Shown here: positions 51,863 to 61,934 of the stretch, in pieces
Numbering within the stretch: position 1 is the stretch's first letter
How the letters are laid out: the number at the start of each line of letters is the position of its first letter
Assembly: GCA_022813865.1 (NCBI GenBank)
Contig: JALDZX010000017.1
Span: forward strand, 186,001 to 250,000
Source of the DNA: Xylographa opegraphella
Taxonomy: Eukaryota
Direction: 5' to 3'
Length of the DNA: 64,000 nt
Notes under the pieces: model-generated
The model's database searches: none
What the model was told of the DNA's origin: nothing
Seen by the model: the letters and a program-made list of their open reading frames with translations, nothing else
Program-made: the position numbers and the translations under genes

Positions 51863-54136
51863 ATGGCGCCTGGAAGACTCAGCTCCCCGCCTTTGTCGCC
51901 GAGACCGGTAGCTGCCTACATCCACCCATCTGCTGGCGATCTACATCCTTCGTCAGACCAATTGTTGCTCTCGACATTATCCGACTTCCCCCACTCCTTC
52001 CTCCAGCCGCCCCCGACTTTGCATACTGCGGCTCTCGTTCTTGCCAAGCGTTATCTCGATTCACTGGCATCGTCAACCAGCCAGGCACAAGAGCAAAGAC
52101 TGCAAGATGCTCGACGAAAGAGAAAGAGGGCCAAGGATGACGAAGGCAATGCAAAGAATATTCTACGGCTGAAACAGGTGCATCTGGAAGGTTTCGCGAT
52201 CGACCAGATCTGGGAACAGGCTAGGCGGGTGTTGGATGCAAGCCGGGAGGAAATCGAAAGGTCCCTATCAGACCTATCAGACGTCTTGCCAACAGTCACA
52301 AAAGCGTCGAATGACTCGAAAAAGGATGTGCCTCAGGAGAATGTCAAGATGGTCAGGTTTGATGAGGATGGGTTTGAGATCGCTGATGAGGACGGGTCCA
52401 ATGAAGAATCTGAGGGAGACTTAGAGCTCGAGGATGCTTCGGATGCTGTAAATAATCTAGACAATACCGAGCTCGTCGAAAAGCTTCTAGATGGTGGTGA
52501 ACTCGATGACGAGGACGAAGATGAAAAAGGCGAGGATGTCGACGATGAAGAAGACATTGAACAAGGTGACTCAGATCTAGAGATGAACGAAATTGAAGAA
52601 GCCGAGACAGAAATATTCAAACCTGACAAGCACGGCCTGAACGATGGCTTCTTTTCCATTGACGAATTCAATCGCAACTCTGAATTTCTTGAGCAACAAG
52701 GCGCCCGAAGCGATCCTAATGACGGGGACGCCAGCGATGAAGAGGAAATTGACTGGGATGCGGATCCCATGACCACGACAAATGGAACTAGAAAGCGAAC
52801 TGACGGCAACGACAGTGACGAGTCTTCAGAAGACGAGGGGCCCACATTTGGTAACGCCGACCTCAACGCTCCGTTCTCCGACTCCGACACCTCTTCCGAG
52901 CTCGACACTGCCCTCGAAGACACCACCCTCTCCAACACCAACGCCATCAAATACGAAGACTTCTTCGCCCCACCACCCCTCCCCACCAAAAAGCGTACTC
53001 AGCGCCCTCTTCCAAAAACCCAGCCCCCGCCCACCGAAGACGACATCCAGCATACAATTTCCGCCGTCCGACGCGAGCTTTTCGAAGACGAGCCCTCCCC
53101 GTTACCCTCTGAGGCAGAAGACGCCCCCAACACCTCCAGCACAGCAAACAACAACCTCTCCACCCACCAAAAACGCCAAGCGGCACTCGCCTCGCAAATT
53201 CGCGCCCTCGAAGCAGCCAATGTCGCCAAGCGCGACTGGACCCTCGCCGGCGAAGCCCGCGCCGCCGAGCGCCCGCTCAACTCCCTCCTCGAAGAGGACC
53301 TGGACTTCGAGCGCGCCGGCAAGCCCGTCCCCGTCATTACCGCCGCCGTCTCCGAGGACATCGAGGCCCTGATCAAGCGCCGCATCCTGGCGCGACAGTT
53401 CGACGAGGTATTGCGCCGCCGGCCGGACAGCCTGCGCAGCGCTCCGGGTGGGGAGGCCGTGCGCCGTGGCCGCATAGAGCTCGACGACGCGAAGAGTAAG
53501 GTCGGTCTCGGCGAGTTGTATGCGGAAGAGCATCTCCGAAACGTGGACCCCGAGGGCTTCGTGGATACGCGCGACGCGGCGGTGGGGAAGGCGCATGCGG
53601 AGATCGAGCGCCTGTGGGGCGAGGTCAGTGCTAAGCTGGATGCGCTGAGTAGCTGGCACTATCGCCCGAAGCCGGCGGAGGTCGTGGTCCGGGTGCTGGG
53701 TGATGTGCCGGCGGTGCGGATGGAGGATGCGCGGCCGAGCGGGGTGGGTGGCATCGGGGCGGGTGAGGGCGCGAGTATGCTGGCCCCGCAGGAGGTGTAC
53801 GCGGGCGGGGAGGGTGCGGAGAAGGGTGAGGTGGTGAGGGGCGGAGCGGTTGTGGGGAGGGAGGAGATGACGAGGGAGGAGAAGTTGAGGAGGAGGAGGA
53901 GGGAGAAGGAGAGGGGGAGGAAGATGGAGGGGAAAAGGAGCGAGGGTGGGAAGAAGGGGGGGGAGGTGGCTAAGGTGGTCGAAGGGAAGAGGAAGACGGG
54001 GGAGAAGGAAGTCGTGGCGGAGTTGAAGCGGGGTGGCGTGAAAGTCATCGGGAAGAAAGGCGAGGTGAGAGATGTGGAGGGCAAGATGGTCAAGGGTGGG
54101 GAAAGTTCGAGAGGCGGTGGGGACTTTAAGCTGTAG
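51863..54136 (+). CDS. MPP10: U3 snoRNP protein Mpp10
   Basis: DQIWEQ, acidic tract, LNDGFFSIDEFN, WTLAGE...RPLNSLLEEDLDF, LDALSSWHYRPKP and LAPQEVY. Confidence 0.95.
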   Translation: MAPGRLSSPPLSPRPVAAYIHPSAGDLHPSSDQLLLSTLSDFPHSFLQPPPTLHTAALVLAKRYLDSLASSTSQAQEQRLQDARRKRKRAKDDEGNAKNILRLKQVHLEGFAIDQIWEQARRVLDASREEIERSLSDLSDVLPTVTKASNDSKKDVPQENVKMVRFDEDGFEIADEDGSNEESEGDLELEDASDAVNNLDNTELVEKLLDGGELDDEDEDEKGEDVDDEEDIEQGDSDLEMNEIEEAETEIFKPDKHGLNDGFFSIDEFNRNSEFLEQQGARSDPNDGDASDEEEIDWDADPMTTTNGTRKRTDGNDSDESSEDEGPTFGNADLNAPFSDSDTSSELDTALEDTTLSNTNAIKYEDFFAPPPLPTKKRTQRPLPKTQPPPTEDDIQHTISAVRRELFEDEPSPLPSEAEDAPNTSSTANNNLSTHQKRQAALASQIRALEAANVAKRDWTLAGEARAAERPLNSLLEEDLDFERAGKPVPVITAAVSEDIEALIKRRILARQFDEVLRRRPDSLRSAPGGEAVRRGRIELDDAKSKVGLGELYAEEHLRNVDPEGFVDTRDAAVGKAHAEIERLWGEVSAKLDALSSWHYRPKPAEVVVRVLGDVPAVRMEDARPSGVGGIGAGEGASMLAPQEVYAGGEGAEKGEVVRGGAVVGREEMTREEKLRRRRREKERGRKMEGKRSEGGKKGGEVAKVVEGKRKTGEKEVVAELKRGGVKVIGKKGEVRDVEGKMVKGGESSRGGGDFKL

Positions 54137-54599
54137 TGTCAAGGAGTTCATCATATTGATGATCAAGATTGTGAATATCAGCGTCAGACTCATGTGTAAA
54201 GTAATATCGCATTGACTCTCGTGGATTTCAATGATGCTTCATATCAATTGCACGCAATTGCCGCGGCAGTGCTGCCTTTTGGAGCGCTCATCTGAGGACA
54301 CGACGCCCTGATCTGCTCATGTCTGGCTTCAGCATGTGCCTTGGGCTCATCCCATCCATCGCGCGTTGATCATATCCATGAGCTAATAGAGTCGGGAGTA
54401 CCGACGGAAGGGAAATATTGTGCTCTTTCTTTTATACTGGATTAATAATGGTTGAAGCAGCCAGCGGAATATGCTGTCTACAAGTGCAATCGACTGGATG
54501 GCCGTCACTCTCTCCCGGCCTCTTCCTGGGAGTGGATAACATATCTTGTTATCAGTAGAAGGAAGCCACTGTGAATCAGTCAGTTGTCGAGCCCATCTG

Positions 54600-55618
54600 T
54601 TATCGTCCCATGTTCATAGCTTGAGTCATCGCCAGGCGTTTGCTGTACGGACTAAGACTTCTTTCTTTCCTCGGCAGACGAGCACGAGACTTTGATGCTG
54701 CGAAGTCATCCTTCCTGTCATGTTCTTGCGGCGGATGTTTGGTTCCACCGTTGCGGCCATTATCATCCGCTCGCCGTGAGCGTTCATGAAGGTGCCTACT
54801 GCCCCGATTTCCAACACTCCGCCAGTCCGGACTTAAGGAGTGCCTGTGACGCGCTATGCTATCTCTGTCCATGCTATTGCTTCTGCTTCGAGGAAGCCTT
54901 CTCCGCTCAATCGGCGTTGGATCTCGACCTCTGTTATCAGGACTGACGGAAGACCTACGACGTCTGGTGTTCCGATCATCATCATCTTTGGCCCACTCTT
55001 TCGAGTTGCGGATATATGAGTCATCAGAGGAGTAAGAAGGCTCTGAGATGGACGTGCTCCGTCTTCGTTTGAGGCTCCCACTTCCGAAAGAAGGCCGCGC
55101 CTCGCCAAGCCTGGGTCGCTTCGGCGAGACTGAGCGGGACAAATTGGTGGATATGGTTGAGACAGACGTCGATGAGTAGGACGAGACAGACCTAGATCTC
55201 TTTCGACTGCCATGTGCGGGTTCGTTCTCATCTATCGAACGCTGTCGACCTCTCTCCTCTGCTTTCTTGGCTAGTTGCTCGTCCGCGACACCTTTTCTAA
55301 TGACATTCAGCATATGTTCAGCAAAGTCAAAAGACTAAATATCATGTACTTTCGCAATAAGTCGTTAGGCACATCGCTCATTAACTTAGGAGCGAGCTTT
55401 GGGTTGTTTAGCTGTTGCGTTCTTGACGGTCGAGAAGCGTATGGGCGTTCTTGCGTGGTCGCTTTACATTCATAGCTGTAGTGCCGTGAAGCTACCGTCA
55501 GCTGGGGCTTCAGCTAATGGATCACCAGTGGCTTATCTTTTTTCAGGCACTTCTGACACAAAGTCTGAGCACTTGCTCTAGATGGACCACCGGAGAAAGG
55601 ACCACGACTTCGAATCAT
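54600..55618 (-). CDS. CCHC zinc-knuckle, Arg/Ser-rich protein (ZCCHC10-like)
   Basis: Spliced CQKCLKKGHYSYEC..QERPYASRPSRTQQL, an RS-rich tail and RSLSPYSKRLAMTQAMN. Needs the AT-AC intron 55486-55536 and a second GT-AG intron. Confidence 0.88.
55486..55536 (-). other. Non-canonical AT-AC intron (51 nt)
   Basis: AAA AAA G|ATAAGC...GCTGAC GGTAGCTTCAC|GG CAC TAC. Removal restores CX2CX4HX4C; retention gives an in-frame TAG. Confidence 0.8.
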
Positions 55619-56260
55619 TGGAAAGTTATTGATGCACAGGAAATAAGACAAAAGGAAGGATGGTGCGACGATTTCTATGCAGTCAGCAATGCAGTCATTA
55701 TACAGAAATACGGTGCAGTAGTGCACAGCTGGCAACTCTGTATACTGTGATCTATATTTGTCACTTTAGGAAGCAAAGGGACCCACCACTGGAAGGAAGC
55801 TTCAGGCTTCCGCCGACAGCACCTCGCAAGGCCAGTTAGCGTTGTGCTAGTCCATAAGGAACCTTTTCTACAAATTTCAGAAACGACCGAACGTTCATCA
55901 CCACCGCTTCGTGCCCACTGAGAATTCAATAAGGGGAGTCCACGTCTGTCGGTTGCGACCTCGAAGTGATGGACTAGCCAGTTTCTGGACACACACACCG
56001 CCTTTCTAATCTCAGCCTGATACGTCCTTGCTGACACTTGCCCATATGCTTCGCATGGCGAGCTTCCAGAATGTCCAGGGATTCATTCTCAATACCTTTG
56101 GAGCTGTTTGATTTGCATTCTCCTTAACTTGTTGCTTTCTCCAGACCAACTTATACACTCCTTTACCAGGCTACGAAGGTCGACTTCGGACCTTATTTAG
56201 ACCTTTCGTTTGAGAATTCTCGCCTCCGGAAGAATCGAGATTATCTAGTTTTTGATTTGA

Positions 56261-58903
56261 ATGATAATGGCGGCTCCAGCTTCGAGAATGGCTGGCCCCA
56301 AAAAGTCTTTTGCAAGTGTAAGTTTGTAGATGTGCCAGGTAGGTGTTGACATCGAACTGACTGAACGCCCCGCAGGTTGCGGCTATGGTTCCTCCTTCAC
56401 AGTCTAAGCAGAATTCGAATAAGATTGACGACAGGAAAGGCCGACCTGAGGATGCTATGCCTGCATCGAAGCCGTGCACGTCGCCAACGGAGAATCCCGC
56501 CGTTCATAGACTTCACAGCGATCTGCCCATCTCTTTGTCGCGCTTGGATCTCAAAGATGGCATTTTTCCTGCCAATGACGACGGTAACCCGGCAATGAGC
56601 GGGATTTCGCAGAATGTTTTGAGACTGGATGATGAGAAGAGTCATTTGTCAGTCTCGTCTACGAAGGCTCCCAGTTTTGATGGTAAGAGTGTGGCTTCTG
56701 GAACGACGTTTGCCATGGATGAAAAGGAATCCCTTCGTCCTGATGACAGTGCTAGTTTGAAAGCTGTAGAGGAAGATGACTCAAATTCTGGTCCAGCGTC
56801 TGGGGCGGCCAGCTCACGAATAGGATCAGAGGCAGGCGGAAAAGCCTTTCGTGACCAGTTTAACGAGATATCTGAGAGGATAGGCCCGGGCGGACACCGC
56901 AGTTTACCTCTCAGTCGAGGTATTGCTTCCGCTAATGTCGAACCTCCTCAAACAAGGCCACTAGTTCCTTTAACAACGACGAATTCTGGTGCAGCAGCGC
57001 ATATTCGGCCCGAAGTGCTCCCAGCTTCAGTACCGGCAGCTCTTTACAATTATCAAGAGCCAGACGAAAAATTAATCGAGGCAATGGAAACGCCAAAAGA
57101 CCGGTTGTTTCTTCTCCAGCTCGAAGAACAGGTTATATCTTTTATCAAAGATTCTCAGTAAGTAATACCAGATGCTCTAAAAAGCATATGCTTATATCAT
57201 AAAACAGAGAGCCAGTACTGGATTTACCACCTTGCAACTCCTTCTGCCGCCTTCTAGCACATCGACTAGGCGATTACTACGCACTAACTCACTACGTCGA
57301 TAATGCTGTTAGTGCTGTCAGACTATATAGAACGCCGTATTGCCGATTGTAAGTCCGGCGATAACTATTTTTGAAGTGGTTCATCATACTAATCAAGACC
57401 AGGCCTAATCCATTGAGCACTTATTCGAGGCAGGTTGAAGCCCCTGAGGGGCCATCGTCCAGTCAGCCGTCCATGAAGATCATGCGTCGCGCTGGAATAG
57501 GACCTGACGGACAGATCTATGGATCTGGAGCGAACACCGTGGCAAGCTCATTGGGCCCTTCAAAGGCCGGTTCAGAGACAGGTGACGAAGGGCAAAGAGT
57601 TTCTGGCGTAACGTCTCCGACTGATTCCACCACAACAAAAGATAAGGCTCTGATGACCCGTGAGGAGCGGGAAGCCAAATACAAGGAGACTCGAGAACGA
57701 ATCTTTGGAGGCGTGGAAGAGACACCATCTTTTGATAGTCCCCAAATATCCGACACACCCAACGAGGCTTCCCGTACCAGCTCCGCATCAGGGAAGAAGA
57801 AGTCTAAGAAAAACAAGCATAACGACGATGACTTCCAGGCGCGTTCTTCATTCAATGCATACTGGCCTAGTATGCAGTACTCAGCGACAACAACATACAA
57901 CCAAACGACAAGTCCTACAGCCTTCTACAATACTTATATGCAACAATCAAGTGGGCAGACACCTCAACCTGGAGTTCCTCAACCCTATGCTTCGCCATAT
58001 CAAGCTGTACCTCAAATACAGCCATATCAAATGGCTGCCCCGCAAGTTCCCATGGCCAGCGGCCCACAGACGTATCCACAAAACTATGGCTATACTCAAA
58101 CTCGTAATGCTCAACCTTATACAGCTTTTAATGCTCAGTTGGCGCAACAATATTATCAGCCTTTGTCACAACAAAACCCGATGCTTCCCCAATCCTCAGC
58201 TATACCATCGCCTTCTCTTAGTCAAACTGCTCAGATGTCCCGTCCTCAGTCGCAGTTGTCCGATCAGAACTGGGCACACAATGGCTTTGCCAGCCCCAGT
58301 ACTTATCCTAACTTATCTGCAGGCGGACAACAAGTCCCGTACCACCAACAGATGCAACCACAATTACCAGTCCCAGCAACGACAACTCATTCGACTCAAA
58401 CCTATCCCTATGGTCAATTGCCATTTCAGTCAAGCCCACAGTCAAATCGGACGCAACATCCGCTGCCTGGCAGCTATAATCGACAGAATTTCAATCCCCA
58501 GACCAGAGCTTTTGTTCCGGGAAATACCTCGTTCTTGTCACCACAGCCAGCAGGTATACCAGCAGACTCATCAAGTTATCATCCTATTCCGTCCTACCAA
58601 TCAACGAGTAATATGACCCAATATGGTTCGCAATCACTTGCAAACCTTCATGTTCCTTTTGGTTCTCAATCAGGACAATATGCTCAAAATCTCATCAGTC
58701 CACCTTTTTCTCAGCGGAAAAGCTCTGGCCAGACAACACGATCTCAATCTCCCGGGCAAAGCTCTCTGTCGACCTGGGCCAGGCCCGAAAACCTGCCTCC
58801 AAAGCCACCACCGTCCGAAGCATCAACCAAAACTTACAGCGGTACCCAAGGCGGACTGAACATGCCCAAATTCCAGAACGGGACCTACACCAAGACAGCA
58901 TGA
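56261..58903 (+). CDS. R3H + SUZ domain RNA-binding protein with Q/P-rich tail
   Basis: SLRPDDSAS, KDRLFLLQLE, spliced PCNSFCRLLAHRLGDYY (R3H), MKIMRR and REEREAKYKETRERIF (SUZ); three introns. Confidence 0.9.
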
Positions 58904-60022
58904 CGTCAACAACTTAAGACATCAAAAAGCACTCGATAGTTTGCAAAAGGGATTGGGTATGGCTAAAAAGGTACGGTCCAGTTAAGCTTGCGAGGCATCA
59001 GGTTTATGTACTGTGTACGGCGCAAGAATCGTTCTCATGATATCCACGGAATGGGCGAGACGACTATGTCTGTGCATTTTGCGGCGTTGGTAGATTGTAC
59101 CGAAGTAGTGAGGTCCTATCGGGTATCTCGCTAGGATCGAACAGAATAGATAGGCAAGTTAATACATGCTATGTTCAGTATCTGCTCTTCAAATATGTAT
59201 TTCCTACCCGGATCGGTAGTATCCATGTGCTCGTCGGTTATTCTAAAAGCCGTCATGATGCTATAATATTTACACTCAATCTCCTACAAGCAACCTTTAA
59301 GCCCATCAAAATAATCGGCAAGTCTCATCTGCCGTCACCAGTGGAGAGACTGTGCGCATGGGTGGCCTGCATACCTATATAGCCCGCTTGAATTAAGCGC
59401 AACGAATCATATCTGGAGTTGGGATTCGAGCCATATATACGGAATAACAGTTCCATGAACGTATAGCTCTTCCAGGATTTGAAGTCTTAGTGATTCTCCA
59501 ATATAGTGAAAGATATTATACATCCACAAGCTTGAGCCTCAAAACTATCTAAAGTCTACTATCTTCCCAAGCTATAATGATGGTCGGGCTTGTCATAACA
59601 AGCTTAGCAAAGCGTTTTGGGACAAGGCCGTGGTCTTCATTGACGAAATTGCCGTAGAGATTATTCCCGAAATACCGGCTAATGAGAGCAAGATGGGATA
59701 GAAAGATCCCCAAACGGGGTTTTCATATACCAAGCATCTGCTGGGACATAGCACCAGCCTTCGAGGCTCACCACCCTCTTCAGGTTTGGATAACCATTCC
59801 ATTCTGCTTGCGGAGCCGGGTAGCCTCCATTCCCACTGCATCGCAGGGTACCGAGCTAAAGAGGACTTCCGAGCAGTCCTCGAGAGGAAGCAAAGTCGGA
59901 AATTGCTGAAACGTCATTCTTGCGTCTTCGTAACAATGCGCAATACCTCGCCATCCAATGAAGATGGGCAATCGTTATCGCTGAAGCACCGTCTCTGTGC
60001 TCTGCCTCTCAAGCCTTAATGC

Positions 60023-60406
60023 TTAAGCCCTCCGTTCACCGTCCTTCCACGCTACCATCCTCTCCTCCGCAGCCTCTCTGACCTCTCCCCACCGAATGCC
60101 CTGCACCCACCTCACAGCTCCTTCGATCTCCGCGTTCCACCGATCCTTCCACGTCTCAGTCCAATCTGCCCGTCGTACCACAAAGCGTGGGGCATCCTCC
60201 ACTGGGACTATCGAGGGGTCGATGATCGAGTTGAGGAGGAGGGATTGCTGATGCAGGAGGTGTGCTTGTCGGACCCGGTTACGTTGGTGTGCCAGAAGAG
60301 AGATGTACAGAGCTGTGGAGGTGAGGGTGAGGCCGGAGATCTGTAGAAATTAGCAGTAGGCATGTAACTAGGAAGGGTTATCTACAAAGCCGGTGGAAAA
60401 CCCCAT
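60023..60406 (-). CDS. MIC12: MICOS subunit Mic12/Aim5-like, 112 aa (absent from the ORF track)
   Basis: Exon 60386-60406 (MGFSTGF), 45-nt intron 60341-60385 (GTAGAT..GCTAAT..CAG), then exon ISGLTLTSTALYISLLAHQRNR...ETWKDRWNAEIEGAVRWVQGIRW...RRA*. Confidence 0.8.
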
Positions 60407-61934
60407 TAGCAGGCTGTGATCTTGTCAATGTATCTCCTGGAAATTAGAACAACACAAGTATACAAGCTCTCTGCTTGTACTGAAAAGTGGTCGTTTCCGC
60501 CCAATCAAGTAGGCGCGAGGAGGAAGGAGATGAATCCGCGGTCAGGTATATTTCCCTAATCCGCCTTCCGCGCTAGCCCAGATAGGACCTAGAGTTGCCT
60601 CAGTTCTTTACCTAGATACCTCAGCAAAGATAGCTACTGTAAGGTACCCAGGATATCAGAAGTCTACGAACTACCCCACTTCGTCGATGTATCATTACAC
60701 GTCGCACTTACGGACCGCCTTAGCTTCTGTTGTTCCCGATTATCTAGTCAAATGCAAGCATATATTTTTATATCTCGACCAGATTTTTGTTGTGAGTTTT
60801 TCCATTCTATTTCTTTCTACATTTTAGTATTTCATCGCCGCGCTCTATTGATCAACTTGAGCTTTGGCACCCTCCTGCAGCTAGCCGTGGGTAACCAACA
60901 CAGCTCCCTAGATGTGCTGCTCATACCAACGACCCACATTGTCGCAACCGATCAGCAGCCTGGTGTGGACGACTGGAATCTGTGTGGTTATGACCTCGTG
61001 CTCTTGAGTGCACAAGCCCACAGTCGGAGCCACGAACCAGGTAAGCTAGGGTCCATTACCTGTGGCGAGAAAGTATCATTGCGAGACTGTTGATACACAT
61101 TTTCGTTGTAGAGCAGCAATCGATATCGACTACGTTTGGAGCGACCGCTTTGTATATCCCAGTCAAGACCCGTTAAATATAGACTTTGCAATCGGATTCA
61201 TTTCACAAGACTAAATAAGTACCGATAGTGGAAGCGTACATGTGCGTTTTGCCGCCTCCAATATGCATATGCTATAGGCTCTCTTCAACGATTGAAATTA
61301 TTGCAATGATAATTTTTCATTCAAAACTTCGTCCAGAAATTCTGGCTCACAGTCTTGAGCATTAAGTTTCACTGTTTTCCTCCTGGCTGTATTGCAACTG
61401 TCGGCTTTGGAAGACGTTTCTCCTGGCCGTGACTTGGCTACATCCTATTTGCCGAGGATAGCACGAAGGTATGATACCGCTATGTATGCCATTACACTGT
61501 ATGTTATATCTCGTAGCCGTCGGTTTAGTATGCCATATCACTCGCCACGACAAGCAATCTGGCCTGAGAGGCATCTCAAACCTGGCCATGGTCGTGAACA
61601 CGAAGGCCTGGTTTACCGCAAATGGGAGAGGAGCTGCGTTGACTCTCAATTTCGGGCACTAACATCTGATTCTCGAAGCAATCGCATTGGTCAGATAAAA
61701 GTAGCTGCGGTGAATTTGAAAGCGGCCATGGTGGTCCAGATGGCGACTTATTCCACGACAAACCAGGCAAAATCGGGTATATCCCACAGCACCAAACCCC
61801 GTACGTCAAACAGCCCTATAGACAGTCGATGCTTGACACAAGACTTTGAAAGCCTGAAGGTGCACGATAGAATGAATCCTGCCGCCATTGATATTCCCGG
61901 ATGCTTTTTTCCCAGTTCAGAAATGGTCAAACCG

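Noticed and set aside
52333..54193. Long antisense ORFs over MPP10 (also over the secreted gene at 25010-25771)
   Set aside because: Shadow ORFs produced by GC-rich, repetitive codon usage.
55486..55536. U12-type (minor spliceosome) classification of the AT-AC intron
   Set aside because: It lacks the ATATCCTT donor and TCCTTAAC branch site; its signals match the U2 introns in this window.
59522..60019. Near-open plus-strand frame with a single internal TAG
   Set aside because: No start, family motif or splice support.
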